In this document: one piece after another, positions 28,320-44,435 of the stretch
Numbering within the stretch: the first letter of the stretch is position 1
Layout: the number at the start of each line of letters is the position of its first letter
Source of the DNA: Octopus vulgaris
Taxonomy: Eukaryota
Length of the DNA stretch: 64,000 bases
Direction: 5' to 3'
Assembly (NCBI GenBank): GCA_951406725.2
Contig: OX597818.1
Location: 17,112,001-17,176,000 of the forward strand
Notes under the pieces: model-generated
What the model was told of the DNA's origin: nothing
What the model saw: the letters and a program-made list of their open reading frames with translations, nothing else
Databases searched by the model: none
Program-made: the position numbers and the translations under genes

Positions 28320-28505
28320 TGTAGATTCACCCTATTCAACATTCTGGACTTCTATACATCTATTCCCAAATCTTTTCTCCTGAAAGCTCTGGAATTTGGG
28401 ACAAATTTGACCACAATTTGTGATCTTGATACTAGAATAATATTGACCGCAAAGATGTCGCTCGTATATCATAACGGTTCCTACTTTATCAAAAAGGAAA
28501 GATGA
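28320..28505 (+). mobile_element. Naiad-type PLE reverse transcriptase fragment
   Basis: CRFTLFNILDFYTSIPKSFLLKALEFGTNLTTICDLDTRIILTAKMSLVYHNGSYFIKK aligns by eye with SFIQFDINSYYSSISPILLNKSLIFA..IVLLARKTFI of the element at 49-51 kb. Confidence 0.7.
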
Positions 28506-28578
28506 GGTGTTCCACCATGCAGGACTGTTAATCCAAGACGCAGGTGGGTAATGTAATCTAGTTTAATCTATCTTATGC

Positions 28579-30722
<2,144 letters not shown>

Positions 30723-31777
30723 GTGTGTGTATGTAACTTTGTGTTTGGGTTTATTTTCTCCCCACCGCTTAGTAACCAGTGTTGGTGAGGGTAAGTCCAA
30801 GTCGCATAATTTTATTGACAAAGAGAGACCAATTTGTGAAGGAAGCATAAATTTGCCAAAATGACATGAATTTGTCAAGAAGTCATATTCCTCGAGAAAG
30901 AGATAAAGACTGATTTGAAATTCTGGCACAAGGCCACTAATTTAGTGGGAGGGGTTAAGTCGATAACATCGTCTCCATTGTTCAACTGGTACTTACTTTA
31001 TCGACCCCGAAAGGATAAAAGGTAAAGTCGATCTCGGCGGAATTGAACCCTGAACTTAAAGATGGACGAAATGCTGCAAACGATTCTGCCAGCTCACCGC
31101 TTTACAAAGAGATATAAATTAAAATGAGATGGTCATTGGTGTTGTAGGCTGTGATTACCCTATCTTTTACTGAGACATATTGCAAAGCTTCTTTATGCAA
31201 CGTCTCATTTCATCTTCAAGACAGCAAGAATGAGTTGAAGCATTTTCCGCTGCTATTTTTGGTAGATCGAGGGCAGCGATGACTTTGTGTTAATAATATA
31301 AAAGGCTTTCATTAAATAAATACAACACTCACATGATGAGGCATTTTTTTATTACCTATTCAGTGAATGAGGAGACATTGTGAGTAATATGCATTGACAA
31401 TCGCAACCAGTGGCAATGCTTTGGAGCGGGTATTAAGTGCAATGACTGAACAGGGACACGAAAATTGCTCGTAAACACGGCTTTTTCAGTTTAGCAGGTT
31501 ATCAACAGTCGATATTCAGTACGCATATGGGCTCATATAAATGCATATATTATTAAAAAGTAATGTAATAATACATTACGGTGGATATATCATAAACAAT
31601 TAATATAATATAATATGATATAAGTGATAATAGTGGCTTTATAGTGGTTTTTGACTGCTATTTCTAATCATGCATGAGTTTTTGAAACCCTCTTAGTCAT
31701 AATTGCGACTTGTTCATACTTATAAACATTCTTCTTCTTCTTCTTTTCATATATATATCTATCTATCTATCTATATA

Positions 31778-31818
<41 letters not shown>

Positions 31819-33732
31819 AGACCTTATGCCTATATATATAATAATAATATAAATATATGCATATATACATACATATATGTACACACCTACATATATACAT
31901 ATATATGTATATATACATGCATATATGGATACAGGACATCAAAAAACGTGGAACACAATGAGAAACGAAAACATATGGAAACGAACTTTTTTTCAAACAA
32001 CGAAAAAAAAACAGAGTACAAGACATACAACATAAAGAATATTCCCCTTCTTCAGTTGTCCCTGTTTCATCTACTCCGTGTTTTCGAAGGTAAGGACAAG
32101 ACGTGACTTCGTTGAAACAGCCCTTCACGCAAAGCAAATTAAATAAAATTTGGGATTTTTTGCAGAGGGTAAAAGTGGTAACAAGAACAGGATAGTAAGA
32201 ACAAAACAGTAAAATTAATAAAAAGCTAAAAACAATAAAAGACAGAACAAAGAGAATAACACAGTAAAAACAAACGATGAGAGCTGTTAAGTCAAGACGA
32301 TGGAAAAATTATTGTGAACGCTTAAGGAAACAGCTTATGAAAGAGACAGAATAAGCTGGTCTGGTCTTGGTGAAGATAGCAGTTGGAAAGATGGCTTCCC
32401 TCTGATCACGTGTCAGTGACGAGAGAGTCGAGGAGGAGAGGAAGAGAGAGGTAACGGTGAAGGGGAGAGGAGAAGAATAGGGAAGGGTGAGAGAGAAAAC
32501 TAGAAAGGATGAAGAACAAGAGAGACGTACACACACGCATATATTAATAATTGTAATGCTTATTGTACATGTACTTACACACACACTTACATACATGAAT
32601 ACATACATATATACGCAAATGCGAATGTACGTACGTATGTGTGTGTGTGTGTATACACGCGTATATATGCATATACATATACAGATAGATAGGTAGATAA
32701 ATTCTGAGAGAGAGAGAGAGATGGGAGAGAGAGAGTGAGAGAGAGTATAGGAAATAGAAAGGGAGGTATTTCTTACATGCAAGTAAAATACTTCCAGAGC
32801 AATTCTGCTTTGCAAAAAATATTCTTTATGTATTTACAGTTAATGATTTGTCTAAGAATACGTTTGGGATGTTCGTTTAATATATTCGTTCCTGGTGCAG
32901 ATAAGGATTTGAGGCTATTATTTCACCTTGTGCTATCCACCAGGATGAGTTCGAATAGGCATTGTTTATGATCATCTCACTGGATATCATTCTCGTACTG
33001 GGAATGAACAAAGGGTGACCATTTTTATATAATTTAAACATAATGCAACTTTAGAAGGCGACGAGGCATCGCCAATTGAAGGATAGAGTTAAGGGAACAA
33101 AACACACTGAAAATCATGAACAGAAACAAAAAAGTAGAAAATAGGCAAACTATTTTACAACCGGGTACACATGCTTAGGAAGAAGGCAAAAATGGTATTT
33201 CTGTCGACTTCAATGTTAGTGCATACAGTTTTAGTATCAATAAGAATTGAAATATACACTTAAGGCGTCAATAACAATAAATTATGGCACTAAATATACT
33301 TATGGCATCTATAACAATTGAAACATGAACATTTTGCCGAGCAACATTACACAAAAGCTTTTTTAGCTTACATTATTATTCTAAAACCTATGGTTTCAAT
33401 ACAATCACTTATCTTTAAATTTGCAATTTAATCCATATAATATTAAATATAGAGCCATGAGAAAGTAAATTCTTATAAATAGATTTACAATCTACCCACT
33501 GTTATCTTTGACCACCTCATACGGAATTCAAACACCTTATCTACTAAGTGCTAGAAACTTACAATTCATTTTAGATTAAAACTCTTTATCAATACTTAAA
33601 AGGACGGGCATATTTCGGAGCTGTAGTTCATTATGGGGGAGAAAACAATGACAATGAAATTGGCAGTGTAGGACAGATAGCTTAGCTGTTACATTTGTGG
33701 CAGAGGTATACGAGGGTTATTATTTTTTTTAG

Positions 33733-33989
33733 AGACAGAAATAGAGATGCGGATAGCACCAGGATCAGCAATAGCAAGGGGAAGTCCCAGAGGCTCTAAA
33801 AGCTTCACCGGTCATAGCTCCAGATATAGCGGAGCTAGAGTCATTTCCTTCATTCAAGAAACTGACGACTTCAATGGCGTCTCTCCTATGAGTATCACCC
33901 GTCCTCTTACAACAGTGGGGAACAACTGTAGAGTGGAGACTAGTTACCGACCGCTATACAGTAGAAAAGGCAAGAAAAAACAAAGCAGA
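33733..33989. other. GC-richer unique island with exon-like signals on both strands
   Basis: Plus strand: TTTTTTTTAG acceptor, open frame and GTGAGT donor at 33990. Minus strand: long polypyrimidine acceptor at 33954 and a 62-codon open frame ending PCYC-stop at 33765. Confidence 0.35.
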
Positions 33990-34221
33990 GTGAGTCATGA
34001 TTCAAGGAATGTAGGACGCTAGAAAAGGAGCCATGCGCAATGGGGTCGCTCAACGTCATAGTTGACCGACAGAAAATGATTGACTGCTTAATTTGATGCT
34101 TGATCCGGAGAACGATGAAGCAATTAAATCAGTGAAGCTAGAGTTGAGACGTCATGTGTGTGTGTGTGTATGTAAATAAGTACCAGTTACATACCGGAGT
34201 CGACGTATATATATATATATA

Positions 34222-37200
34222 TTAGGGTGGCCCTTAAACAAAAGTAAAAAAACGATCTATGCAAAATTTTAGTTCAAGCGACCCTCACCGACCGTGAAAA
34301 TTTGAATTTTCGCCCGGAAAGTAATTTTTCAAATAAAAATTTTTATCTCTTACATAATTTTCTCTTGAATTAAAAACTTGTTCAGACTTATTCTCGGCAT
34401 TAGAAGTATAAGTGACTATAAATATAATGGGGAAAGCAACTTGCAAAGCTGGGGACAGAGCGCAGGTATTGGAGAAACACCTATTTTTTGCCGTCATACC
34501 TAATGGTAGTGTAGAGGAATAAAATATTAAGAAATATACGTTAGTGATAATCAATGAACTAATATGACTTGTCCGCGTTTGTAAATATAAGTTAATTTAT
34601 TTGTAATAACTTGTAAGCACTCATTCATTTTGTTTTGGGGCATTTTGATATAGATCTTCCACAGTTGTGTTAGTAGAGCTGACAAAGTTGTTACACCCTG
34701 TTTATAACCTCTCCGTTTTTATAATGTGCGCTTTGTAAACTTACTTTGTGACCAAATATGATGCCTTTGATGACTAATTCTTCCTTTTTCTTTCAGAACT
34801 GTTTGTGTAGGTGCGAAGTGGCTTCTCCGACGTGTTCTTCCTAGATCTGTGAAATGGCATCATATTCTTCCGGTAGTTCATCACACAAGTTAAGAAAATA
34901 TTTTCATGTGACTCTTGTTGGTTCTATTTCCAATCAAATCGTGGGAGCTAAACTACCCTCGAATCGGCGAGTTTTAAGCGTTAAAGGAAAGTGCAGCATT
35001 AATGGTTCAAGAAGTTTCCATTTTGGGGCAAAGAGCACGAATTCCTACCTGAAGATCTGACCAGTGCGTTGATAAGGTAACCAAACTCTCTGATGAATGG
35101 AAAGGTTTACAGAAAATTTTGACTAGAACTGCAGGCAAGGAAAAAGAAAAAAGAGAACTTTTTGTGGAAATGACGGACGAACTCTTTGACATAGTTGATT
35201 CAGATGCTTTGACGGATGAAAATTGAAAGAGGATACGTTCTTAATGTTTCAGCGCCAGAAAAGGACAACCGGGCTTCATGGTTGGGGTTAGATCAAAAAC
35301 TAAAACACAAGGAAGAAAGAGCACCGAAGCACACTTCAATGGAAACTGTCAGGGAAAAAAAGTTCTTATGAAGAAATGAAACAAAAGTTTGCTACTCATC
35401 AGTTTACCACATCAGAAACTGATGATTCAACATCAATTAGTGGTGACGACTGAAAATTCCCCTATCATAGGCGCAGGAGTGGCTGTGTGGTAAGTAGCTT
35501 GCTAACCAACCACATGGTTCCGGGTTCAGTCCCACTGCGTGACACCTTGGGCAAGTGTCTTCTGCTATAGCCCCGGGCCGACCAATGCCTTGTGAGTGGA
35601 TTTGGTAGACGGAAACTGAAAGAAGCCTGTCGCATATATGTATATATATATATATGTGTGTGTATGTGTTTGTGTGTCTGTGTTTGTCCCCCTAGCATTG
35701 CTTGACAACCGATGCTGGTGTGTTTACGTCCCCGACACTTAGCGGTTCGGCAAAAGAGACCGATAGAATAAGTACTGGGCTTACAAAGAATAAGTCCCGG
35801 GGTCGATTTGCTCGACTAAAGGCGGTGCTCCAGCATGGCCGCAGTCAAATGACTGAAACAAGTAAAAAAGTAAAGTAAAGTAAAAGTATCATCGTTCAGA
35901 AAATATTGGCCACAGCAACAACCGCGGCAGTAGCGACAATTACTTCCTGCAACTCGAGGAACATTGCAATGTTTTACTCCCCGTCTCTCTAAAGTTTTTG
36001 AGAGGCGCAAAATCCCTGACAGAAATGAGGTTTACATATCAATGGCTGCTGGAGAGGATTTCGGGTGTGATACTGAAAACCTGGTAATAAATCGCACTTC
36101 TTTTCAACGCCTTAGAAAAAGATTTAGAGAAGCACAAGTTTAATCTAAACGATTGTCAAGAATTAGTGTTGCACTGGGATGGAAAGCTGCTCCCAACACT
36201 CACAGGCGTTGAAAAGGTTGATAGACTGGCAATAATAGTAACTTTTCAAAGCAAGGAGCCATTGTTGGGATTCTTTGAAATTCCAACATCCCCAGGAGAA
36301 CAGCAAGCCGTGGCTGTTTACCAAGCAGTGGAAAAGTGGGAGTATAACCGAAAAAATTCAGGCTCTTTGTTGTGATACGACAGCAAGCAACGCATGTAGA
36401 ATAAATGATGCCTGTATGAAAAATTGTTCAATTGTGCAAAAAAATTGTTCAATCGCGACCTGTTGTACTTCCTTGCCGTCATCACATTTTTGAGTTAGTT
36501 TTTAGGAGCTGTTTCAACTCACTGATGGGGGCAACTTCTGGTCCAGACATGGCGTTTTTCAATAGATTTAGAGAAACCTGGACGAAACTAAACCAGAAAG
36601 TTTACGTAACTGGTAGCAATGAAGTGTCTGATTATGCCTGCTCTACCATTCTTGGATTTCTTGAATACCACCTTCTCCGCAGAGATAACAGCAAGATGAT
36701 TACCGACGATTGTGGGAGTTAACAATGATCTGTCTTAGCGGCATTCCGAAGAACAGGATATCGTTTCGTACACCAAGAGCTGTAAATCATGGCAGGTGGA
36801 TGTCAGAAACAATTTATGCATTCAAAATATACCTGTTTCAAGAACAATTTCAGTTGTGTCCAGGGGAGAACTCCTTTAGAAGAATATGCATTTTTCTTGC
36901 TCGAGTGTACATTCGAGCCTGGTTTCAGTCATCAGAAGCACCTTATCATGATTTCCTATTCATGCGTCAACTGATAAATTATCAGGATATTGATTCAGAA
37001 ATCAGTAAGCTGCTGTGAAAAAAATTCCAACCATTCCTGGTACTTAGCTCCCGAAACTGTGGCTCTATCCATTATTTGATGACAATGTTCCAAAAGAGGT
37101 TAAGATAAATACTGCTCAAATACTGGAGGCAGACAAAGGCGAAGAAGAGGAAGAAGAAAAAAATTAACTGAATAGGTACATTCTGCTCCAAAATGACTTT

Positions 37201-37916
37201 TCTGCCTTTAAAAACATCGAGTTTTCGTCTTTTGTAATTCCTGGTACAAAAACTTGCTTCATGAGATTTTCTATCAGCACCGATTTCCTCGATAAAAACC
37301 CTTCAACATGGAAGGATGATCCTGGTTACAAAAGTGGACTTGAAAAACTAAACTTGAGAAGACAGTTGTTGTGAATGATGTTGCAGAAAGAGGTGTCAAA
37401 CTCATTCATGATTAATAATTCTCACAAAAGATAAAACTGAGAAACAATTTCTTCTACAGATCTTTACCGAAAACTGTAAAACATACCCAGCTGCCAGTGT
37501 TCAGTATTCACATTGTGTTCTTGATTCTATAGAAATTATTGTTGTAAATAAAAATGCGTTTCTTTCATAGAAGTTGTGTTGTTTATTAGGAAAACCTAAT
37601 ATTTAAAAATTTTTTCATGTTATTTCAGGAATTTTTCAAATTAAGATTCGAAAACGTTTGTTGGGGTTGCTTGGATGTATCCACATAAATTTCTCTAAGA
37701 AGAAAAAAGAAAATGGTCGATATAGGGAATAATATATCGCTTTTGAACAAAATTAATAGTTGCGTACACTATGTTCCAAATGCAAGGCGTTTGAGGGTTG
37801 CCTGGCAATTGTCTGATTGAGCTGAAATTTTGCACATTTGTTGATTGGAACAGGATTGGTGAGTGGGAGCAGCAAAATTTTAACTTTCTGAAAATTACCT
37901 ATTGCTAAAGGCCACC

Positions 37917-37920
<4 letters not shown>
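34222..37920 (+). mobile_element. hAT-superfamily (hATm-type) DNA transposon with both TIRs, decayed transposase and a SINE insertion
   Basis: TIRs TTAGGGTGGCC(C/T)TTA in a (TA)n tract. Motifs HWDGKLL, CCDTTASN, PCRHHIFELV, NHGRWM and VVNDVAERGVKL. Family A SINE at about 35469-35885. Confidence 0.85.
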
Positions 37921-38006
<86 letters not shown>

Positions 38007-38030
38007 CGTGTGCGTGTGCGTGTGTGTGGA

Positions 38031-38340
38031 GGCGCAATGGCCCAGTGGTTAGGGCAGCGGACTCGCGGTCGTAGGATCGCGGTTTCGATTCCCAGACCGG
38101 GCGTTGTGAGTGTTTATCGAGCGAAAACGCCTAAAGCTCCACGATGCTCCGGCAGGGGGGTGGTGGCGATCCCTGCTGTACTCTTTCGCCACAACTTTCT
38201 CTCACTCTTTCTTCTGTTGGCCTGCTCGCTTAGCCAGCGGGGTGGCGTCATTTGAATGCTAAAACAATGCGAAGTGCATTGTTACCAGCGATGTGTAGCA
38301 ACATCTGATAGCCTGGTCAGTCACGGTGATCACGGTGATA
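38031..38340 (+). mobile_element. tRNA-derived SINE, family C
   Basis: GGCGCAATGGCCCAGTGGTTAGGGCAGCGGACTCGCGG..GGTTTCGATTCCC tRNA-like head with A/B boxes, a non-tRNA body and a short CACGGTGAT tandem tail. Confidence 0.7.
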
Positions 38341-39835
38341 TATATATGTATATATATGCGTGTGCCTTTGTGTCTGTGTCTTTCCTCCACCACTGCTTGA
38401 CAACCAGTGTTTGCGTTACCGCAAAAGATACCGATAGAATAAGTGATAGGCTTTAAAAAATGTACTGGGGTCGATTAGTTCGACAAAAACTCCTCTATGC
38501 GGTGCCCCAGCATGGCCTCAGTCTGATAACTGAAACAAGGGAAAGATAAAAGATGAAATATGATAGAGGTCTACAAACAGTTAAAAGCCGAATCCACAGA
38601 GAATTTTGTTTTATTGCCCACAAGGGGCTAAACATAGAGGGGACAGTCGATCTTTGAAGGCGCAACGGTCCCTCTACCCTCAAATTGTTTAGAGGAACAT
38701 TTAGATGACATTGTTCTCAATGCAGTTAGATTCGCAAGATACTTCTGTGTGGCTAAGAACTAAGAATTAAGAATCCGGCCGAGCTGCCTCTTAGCCGTAT
38801 GTGGGTGGCTTACCCAACTCACTTTTCATGTTCTGTTATCAATCTGTTTTTGTAATTATCGTGTGTTTATCCGAAAACATTTTAACATATCCATATGTGT
38901 GGAATGTGCGCGAGCGTACGTGCGTGTGTGTTTGTGTGTGTTTGTGTGTGTGTGTGTGAGTGTGTGCGCGCGCGCTGTGTGTGTTGCATTACTACTTTAT
39001 TTTGGCCTTAATTTCTATACAACTTTTTAAATACCTACTCTCACACCAAGCTTTGTTGTCAAATAAAGAAACAAAAGGGAAAGAAAAGATTATTATCATC
39101 AGTGTTAGGTGGCGAGCTGGTAGACTCGTTAGCACGTTGGACGAAATGCATAGCGGTATTTCGTCTATCACTATGTTCTGAGTTCAAATTCCACCGAAGT
39201 CGATTTTGCCCTTCATCCTTTCTGGGTGAAATACTGTGATCGACCAGTCCCCTCCCCAACATTTCAGGCCTTTAGTACAAAAGTCTTAGCGGTATTTCGC
39301 CTGTCTTTACGTTCTGAGTTCAAATTCCACCGAGATCGACTTTGCCTTTCATCCTTTCGGGGTTGCTAAATTAAGTACCAGTTGCAAAATTTCGGGCGTT
39401 GTGCCTAGAGTAGAAAAGAATTATTATTATCATTGTTTGGCAGCGAGCTGACATAATCGTTAGCATGCCGGGCAAAATGCTTAGCGGGATTTCATCTATC
39501 TTTACGTTCTGAATTCAAATTCTGCCGGGGTCGATTTTGCCTTTCATCCTTTCGGGAGTCAATGAAAAATATACCAATCGTGTTCTGATGTCGATGTAAT
39601 GGAATATCTTCCTCTCACAATTTGTGTCACTGGAAGAAAGAATTTTTATTACCATTGTCGTTGCTGCTACTGCTGCTAGTAATAATTCTGCTGTTGCTGT
39701 CAGTAATAATACTGCTGTTGCTGTCAGTAGTACATACCACTGTCATAGAACTAGATAAAAGAACTAACACGAAGAGTATGCATATACACACACCCATAAT
39801 ATATGCAGACACAAAAATGAATGGACGATATATAC

Positions 39836-39935
<100 letters not shown>

Positions 39936-41540
39936 GGCGCAGGAGTGGCTGTGTGGTAAGTAGCTTGCTCACCAACAACATGGTTCCGGGTTCAGTCCCA
40001 CTGTGTGGCGCCTTGGGCAAATGTCATCTACTATAGGCTCGGGCCGACCAAACCTTGTGAGTGGATTTGGTAGATAAGAGACCGATAGAATAAATACTAG
40101 GCTTACAAAGAATAAGTCCTGGGGCCGACTAAAGACGGTGCTCCAGAATGGCCGCAGTCAAATGACTGAAACAAATAAAAGAGGAAAAGAATATGGATCT
40201 TTTCTATTCTGAAGCCAGTTTTTTCAAATTTTTCCTACTGAACCAAACAATTTGAAACTTCGTATACTGGTAGAATGTGTCAAAAGTAAACTTAATTGTA
40301 AACCAGAATGAAAACGGAATTGTAACTTCTAAGTTTAACGTTGTTTAATAATTAGAATTTTAACCAATGATATTCCGTCATTCGGCTTTATTTTATTTAC
40401 TCCGTCTCGACCACCAATTTCGTGACGTATTAAACAATGTAAACAAGCTATAGTCAGCCACCTTCTAATAACAAAAGTTTGTCTTTGAAGTTACCGTCTA
40501 GGGGAAGCATTGATGTACATGTGTGTGTGTGTGTGTTTGATGGGGTGTGGGAGACAGACAGTATGTTGTGCAAGTGAAGTGCTTCTGTTAGTGTGTGTGA
40601 AGAGACAGAGAGAGTAATGTGTGAAAGAGAGAGATAACTGAAATTTTTTACTCGGTGTATGTGTATATGCCTGAATGTATGTGTGTATGTATCTGTGTAT
40701 GTATGTATGTATGTATGGCCGATTCAATGTAATTTTTTACACATACTTACACACACACACACACATACATACACACACACATGCAGACATACATATACAC
40801 ATACACCGAGTAAAAAATTATATATATATATATATATATTAATTTACAAAAATATAGTAAAGTAAAAAAATTACTTAACCACACACCGAGCTTTTTAGAA
40901 ATAGCAGCCAAAAATTTCTCAACTGCAAGAAAAAGTCTCCCAGACAATGCATACTCAGAAATAATTCACATACGTATAAGAGAAAAACAACGAAAAATCA
41001 CATGGATTCTCCGATATATGTTATAAAAATATGGATTCTCCGATATAATTTATAAAAATATGGTAAAGTAAAAAAATTACTTTACCACACACAAAGCTTT
41101 TTAGAAATAGCAGACGTCACAAAACTGCTTTCAACGTCACACTAACAGATCGCAGTAACGTTTTAGATATGAAAACAAGCAATCTCATTGGTTAAAATTC
41201 GCAGTTTTAATCTACGATTAAAGTCATAAAATAGATTTTTTTTCTCAAATAAACTAGTTCCAACTGGCGAATAAACTAGTTCCACCAAGAATATATATAT
41301 ATATTTTATATTTATGAGTACACAAAGTTTCAAATTATTTAGTTAACTAGAAAGATCTGGGGTCCTGGCCTGTAATTTTATTTTGTTTTTGTTGTTGTTG
41401 CTTTTGTTCAAATTTGTTTAATCCACCCATTATTATCATTACATATGTTGTATGTATGTATAACAACAATACTAGTAATAATAATAAAAAGAATATACAT
41501 ATAATATATATATATACATACATATCATATACACATATAT

Positions 41541-41584
<44 letters not shown>

Positions 41585-41752
41585 TCTATTTTTTTAATGT
41601 ACCTGTATTGTATTATGGAGATGTACTCGCATAAAGTAATTTGATCTGAGATCGTGTGCTGAAACGAAAACAATTGCAGCGTGGGAGGTGTTTATAAGCC
41701 ATTTAAGAAACACACAAAAAGCCGTTCGATTCACTCCAACATTTAAGTTTAA

Positions 41753-41802
41753 TTTGTCAAAATATTTTCGTCGCTAAAATCCGCGACCTGTTCACTGACA
41801 AA
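41753..41802 (-). ncRNA. Minimal hammerhead ribozyme, G3-C8 variant (left arm copy)
   Basis: Exact reverse complement of 41833-41882. Confidence 0.7.
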
Positions 41803-41832
41803 GTCCGTGCTGCACGGAGATGCAGCACGGAC

Positions 41833-41882
41833 TTTGTCAGTGAACAGGTCGCGGATTTTAGCGACGAAAATATTTTGACAAA
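41833..41882 (+). ncRNA. Minimal hammerhead ribozyme, G3-C8 variant (right arm copy)
   Basis: Stem I TTTGTCA/TGACAAA, core GTGAACA plus an extra G, stem II GTCGC/GCGAC, GAAA, palindromic AATATT, and predicted cleavage after T41875. Confidence 0.7.
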
Positions 41883-41962
41883 TTAAACTTAAATGTTGGA
41901 GTGAATCGAACGGCTTTTGTGTGTTTCTTAAATGGCTTATAAACACCTCCCACGCTGCAATT

Positions 41963-42039
<77 letters not shown>

Positions 42040-42347
42040 CATACATACATACAGCGTATACAACACACACATATACATATATATGTATATGTATATATAT
42101 GCACACACACACATAATACTTTGCACATGGTACGTCTGATACACAACAGAACGATTGTATTCAAAGAACTGAGACACCAACTGTAATAGTTTAGAAATCG
42201 TTTGGTTTTTTTCTTCCACTTATTGTATATCTTTTGTGTATGACATTAATAAAAGGACGTGTGTGTGTGCGTATGTACGTGCGTGTACACATATATGCAT
42301 GCATTCATTCATTCATATACATACGTGTGTGTGTGTGTGTGTGTATG

Positions 42348-42388
<41 letters not shown>

Positions 42389-42416
42389 ATACATACATAT
42401 ATATATGTGTGTGTGT

Positions 42417-42456
<40 letters not shown>

Positions 42457-43763
42457 GAACCGGTCTGGTCAATAGAAATAACTACTTGTAGTAAATGACA
42501 GTTACTATGGGACACATGGAAAACAAACGTATAAAGATATTGACAAAAGGTACCGCACTACAATCATTGCCATCACCACCGTGTCCACCACCACCACCAA
42601 CAACAACAACAACACCAACAACACCACCACCATTAGCACTTCCTCTACTACCTATGAGCCCTATAATCATCAACTTTTCAATAAGAGAGTGGTCAATAAG
42701 TTCAATAAGAGAGTAGTCGACCGACACGTTAGAAATAGCAACCAAATCCTTCTTAACACTAATAGATAGATTAGTTAAACTTAGTTTCAATTCAAAAGAG
42801 GATACATTTGATATTGTAGTCCTAGGTAACCCGGGGAAAAAAGGACAACAAAAAATTGGTTAGTCGCGACAGGAACTCTTTTAATTCATTTGCTTCTAAA
42901 CGCAATGGACACAGGCAAGGTTGCGTGGTTAAGAAGGACGAGTCGTAATTGCGTTGTGTTAGGTTAAACTCTTTTTGTAGCATCCCGTGCAAATGTCTCC
43001 TCCCAATGTGTGACCTTTCGTCAACAAAATCCCTAGAAATGAATACCCATCGGAAGGGAACTGTTATTGATCGATCCGCTGATCTTGAAATTTCGGAGAT
43101 GTCACCCCTACTTACCTATTTAGCCGTCGTCAAATCTTTAGCTTGCGCTAATAATGTTCTTTAATGTAAGGCGGTGAGCTGGCAGAAACGTTAGCACGCC
43201 GGGCGAAATGCGTAGCCGTATTTCGTCTGCCGTTACGTTCTGAGTTCAAATTCCGCCGAGGTCGACTTTGCCTTTCATCCTTTCGGGGTCGATAAATTAA
43301 GTACCAGTTACGCACTGGGGTCGATGTAATCGACTTAATCCCTTTGTCTGTTCTTGTTTGTCCCCTCTATGTTTAGCCCCTTGTAGGTATTAAAGAAATA
43401 AGAAACGTTAGCTCGCTGGGCGAAATACTTAGCAGTATTTCGTTTGTCTTTACGTTCTCAGTTCAAATTCCACCGAGGTCAACTTTACCTTTCATCCTTT
43501 CTGGGTCGATGAATTAAGCACCAGTTGTGTTCTGGGGTCGCTTTAATCGACTGGCCAAATAATTTCGGGCCTTGTATCTAGAAGAGAAAAGAATAATGCT
43601 TCTCTTTTGTTTATTAGCGTCTTAATGAAACTTAATGAAAAAAAACCCCAAAAAAACAGAAACTCACTAAATAAACTTATTAGATCAGTGCTGTATATCT
43701 ATCTATTTCTGTCCGTCTATCTATCTCAGTTTATCTATCTATCTATCGGTATGTCTATCAATT

Positions 43764-43812
<49 letters not shown>

Positions 43813-44359
43813 ATGTATGTGTGTGTGCGTGCGTGTTTATATGAGAAATTACGATAAGCCCAAGTTCATATTACTAGTTCCTACGTACGCTTCCTCCTTA
43901 TGGTTGCTGGGAATAGTTCTTATACATCAATGTCTTAATTAAATGAAACATTAAAACTTAACAGGTGCAGGCATGGCGGTCTGATTAAGAAGCTCGCTTC
44001 GTATCCATATGGTTTCGGGTTGAACTCAACTATGCAACACCTTGGGCAAGTATCTTCTACCATAGGACCCACCGTTGATTTGTGAATGAATTTGGTAGAC
44101 GGAAACCGTGTGGATAAATGTTGTACACATAAACACATACACAAATGCGTGCGGCTCTTTGTCCATATCACCGCTTGCCATGTTGTATTATACAGGCTTA
44201 AGACAATTTATTTAGACTCTCAAACTGAGATGTTTATACATTTTAGCGTGTTTATACATAGACTTTTACAATAAGCAGTGTGGCAAAACACAGAGGGTTT
44301 TCTTTTTGTTTATTGGAATGGTAATTAAAGAAATGAGATTGCTAGTGGAGGATACCTAC

Positions 44360-44398
44360 CGCCTCCTTAGACATTTATACTGATACATGAAAAGGTTT
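44360..44398 (-). CDS. Candidate small exon of an unidentified gene
   Basis: TGTAG acceptor and GTAGGT donor, 39 nt, phase 2/2, reading (E)NLFMYQYKCLRR. In phase with 45415-45473. Confidence 0.3.
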
Positions 44399-44435
44399 CT
44401 ACATTTAAGGTTTGAATGCACCAAATTAGAAGAGT

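Larger units (their letters stand above)
41668..41966. repeat. Near-perfect inverted repeat (147/146 bp arms, 6 bp spacer) carrying a hammerhead in each arm
   Basis: Arms 41668-41814 and 41821-41966 with spacer CGGAGA. They differ by one homopolymer base. The right arm abuts (TA)n. Confidence 0.97.

Noticed and set aside
32040-32130. Minus-strand GAAA...CTGAAGA permuted hammerhead
   Set aside because: Stems I and III could not be formed.
34080-34135. Imperfect hairpin, possible pre-miRNA
   Set aside because: It has several bulges and no recognisable mature miRNA, so small RNA data are needed.
42818-42832. RFX X-box-like GTCCTAGGTAAC
   Set aside because: A single imperfect motif with no linked transcription start.
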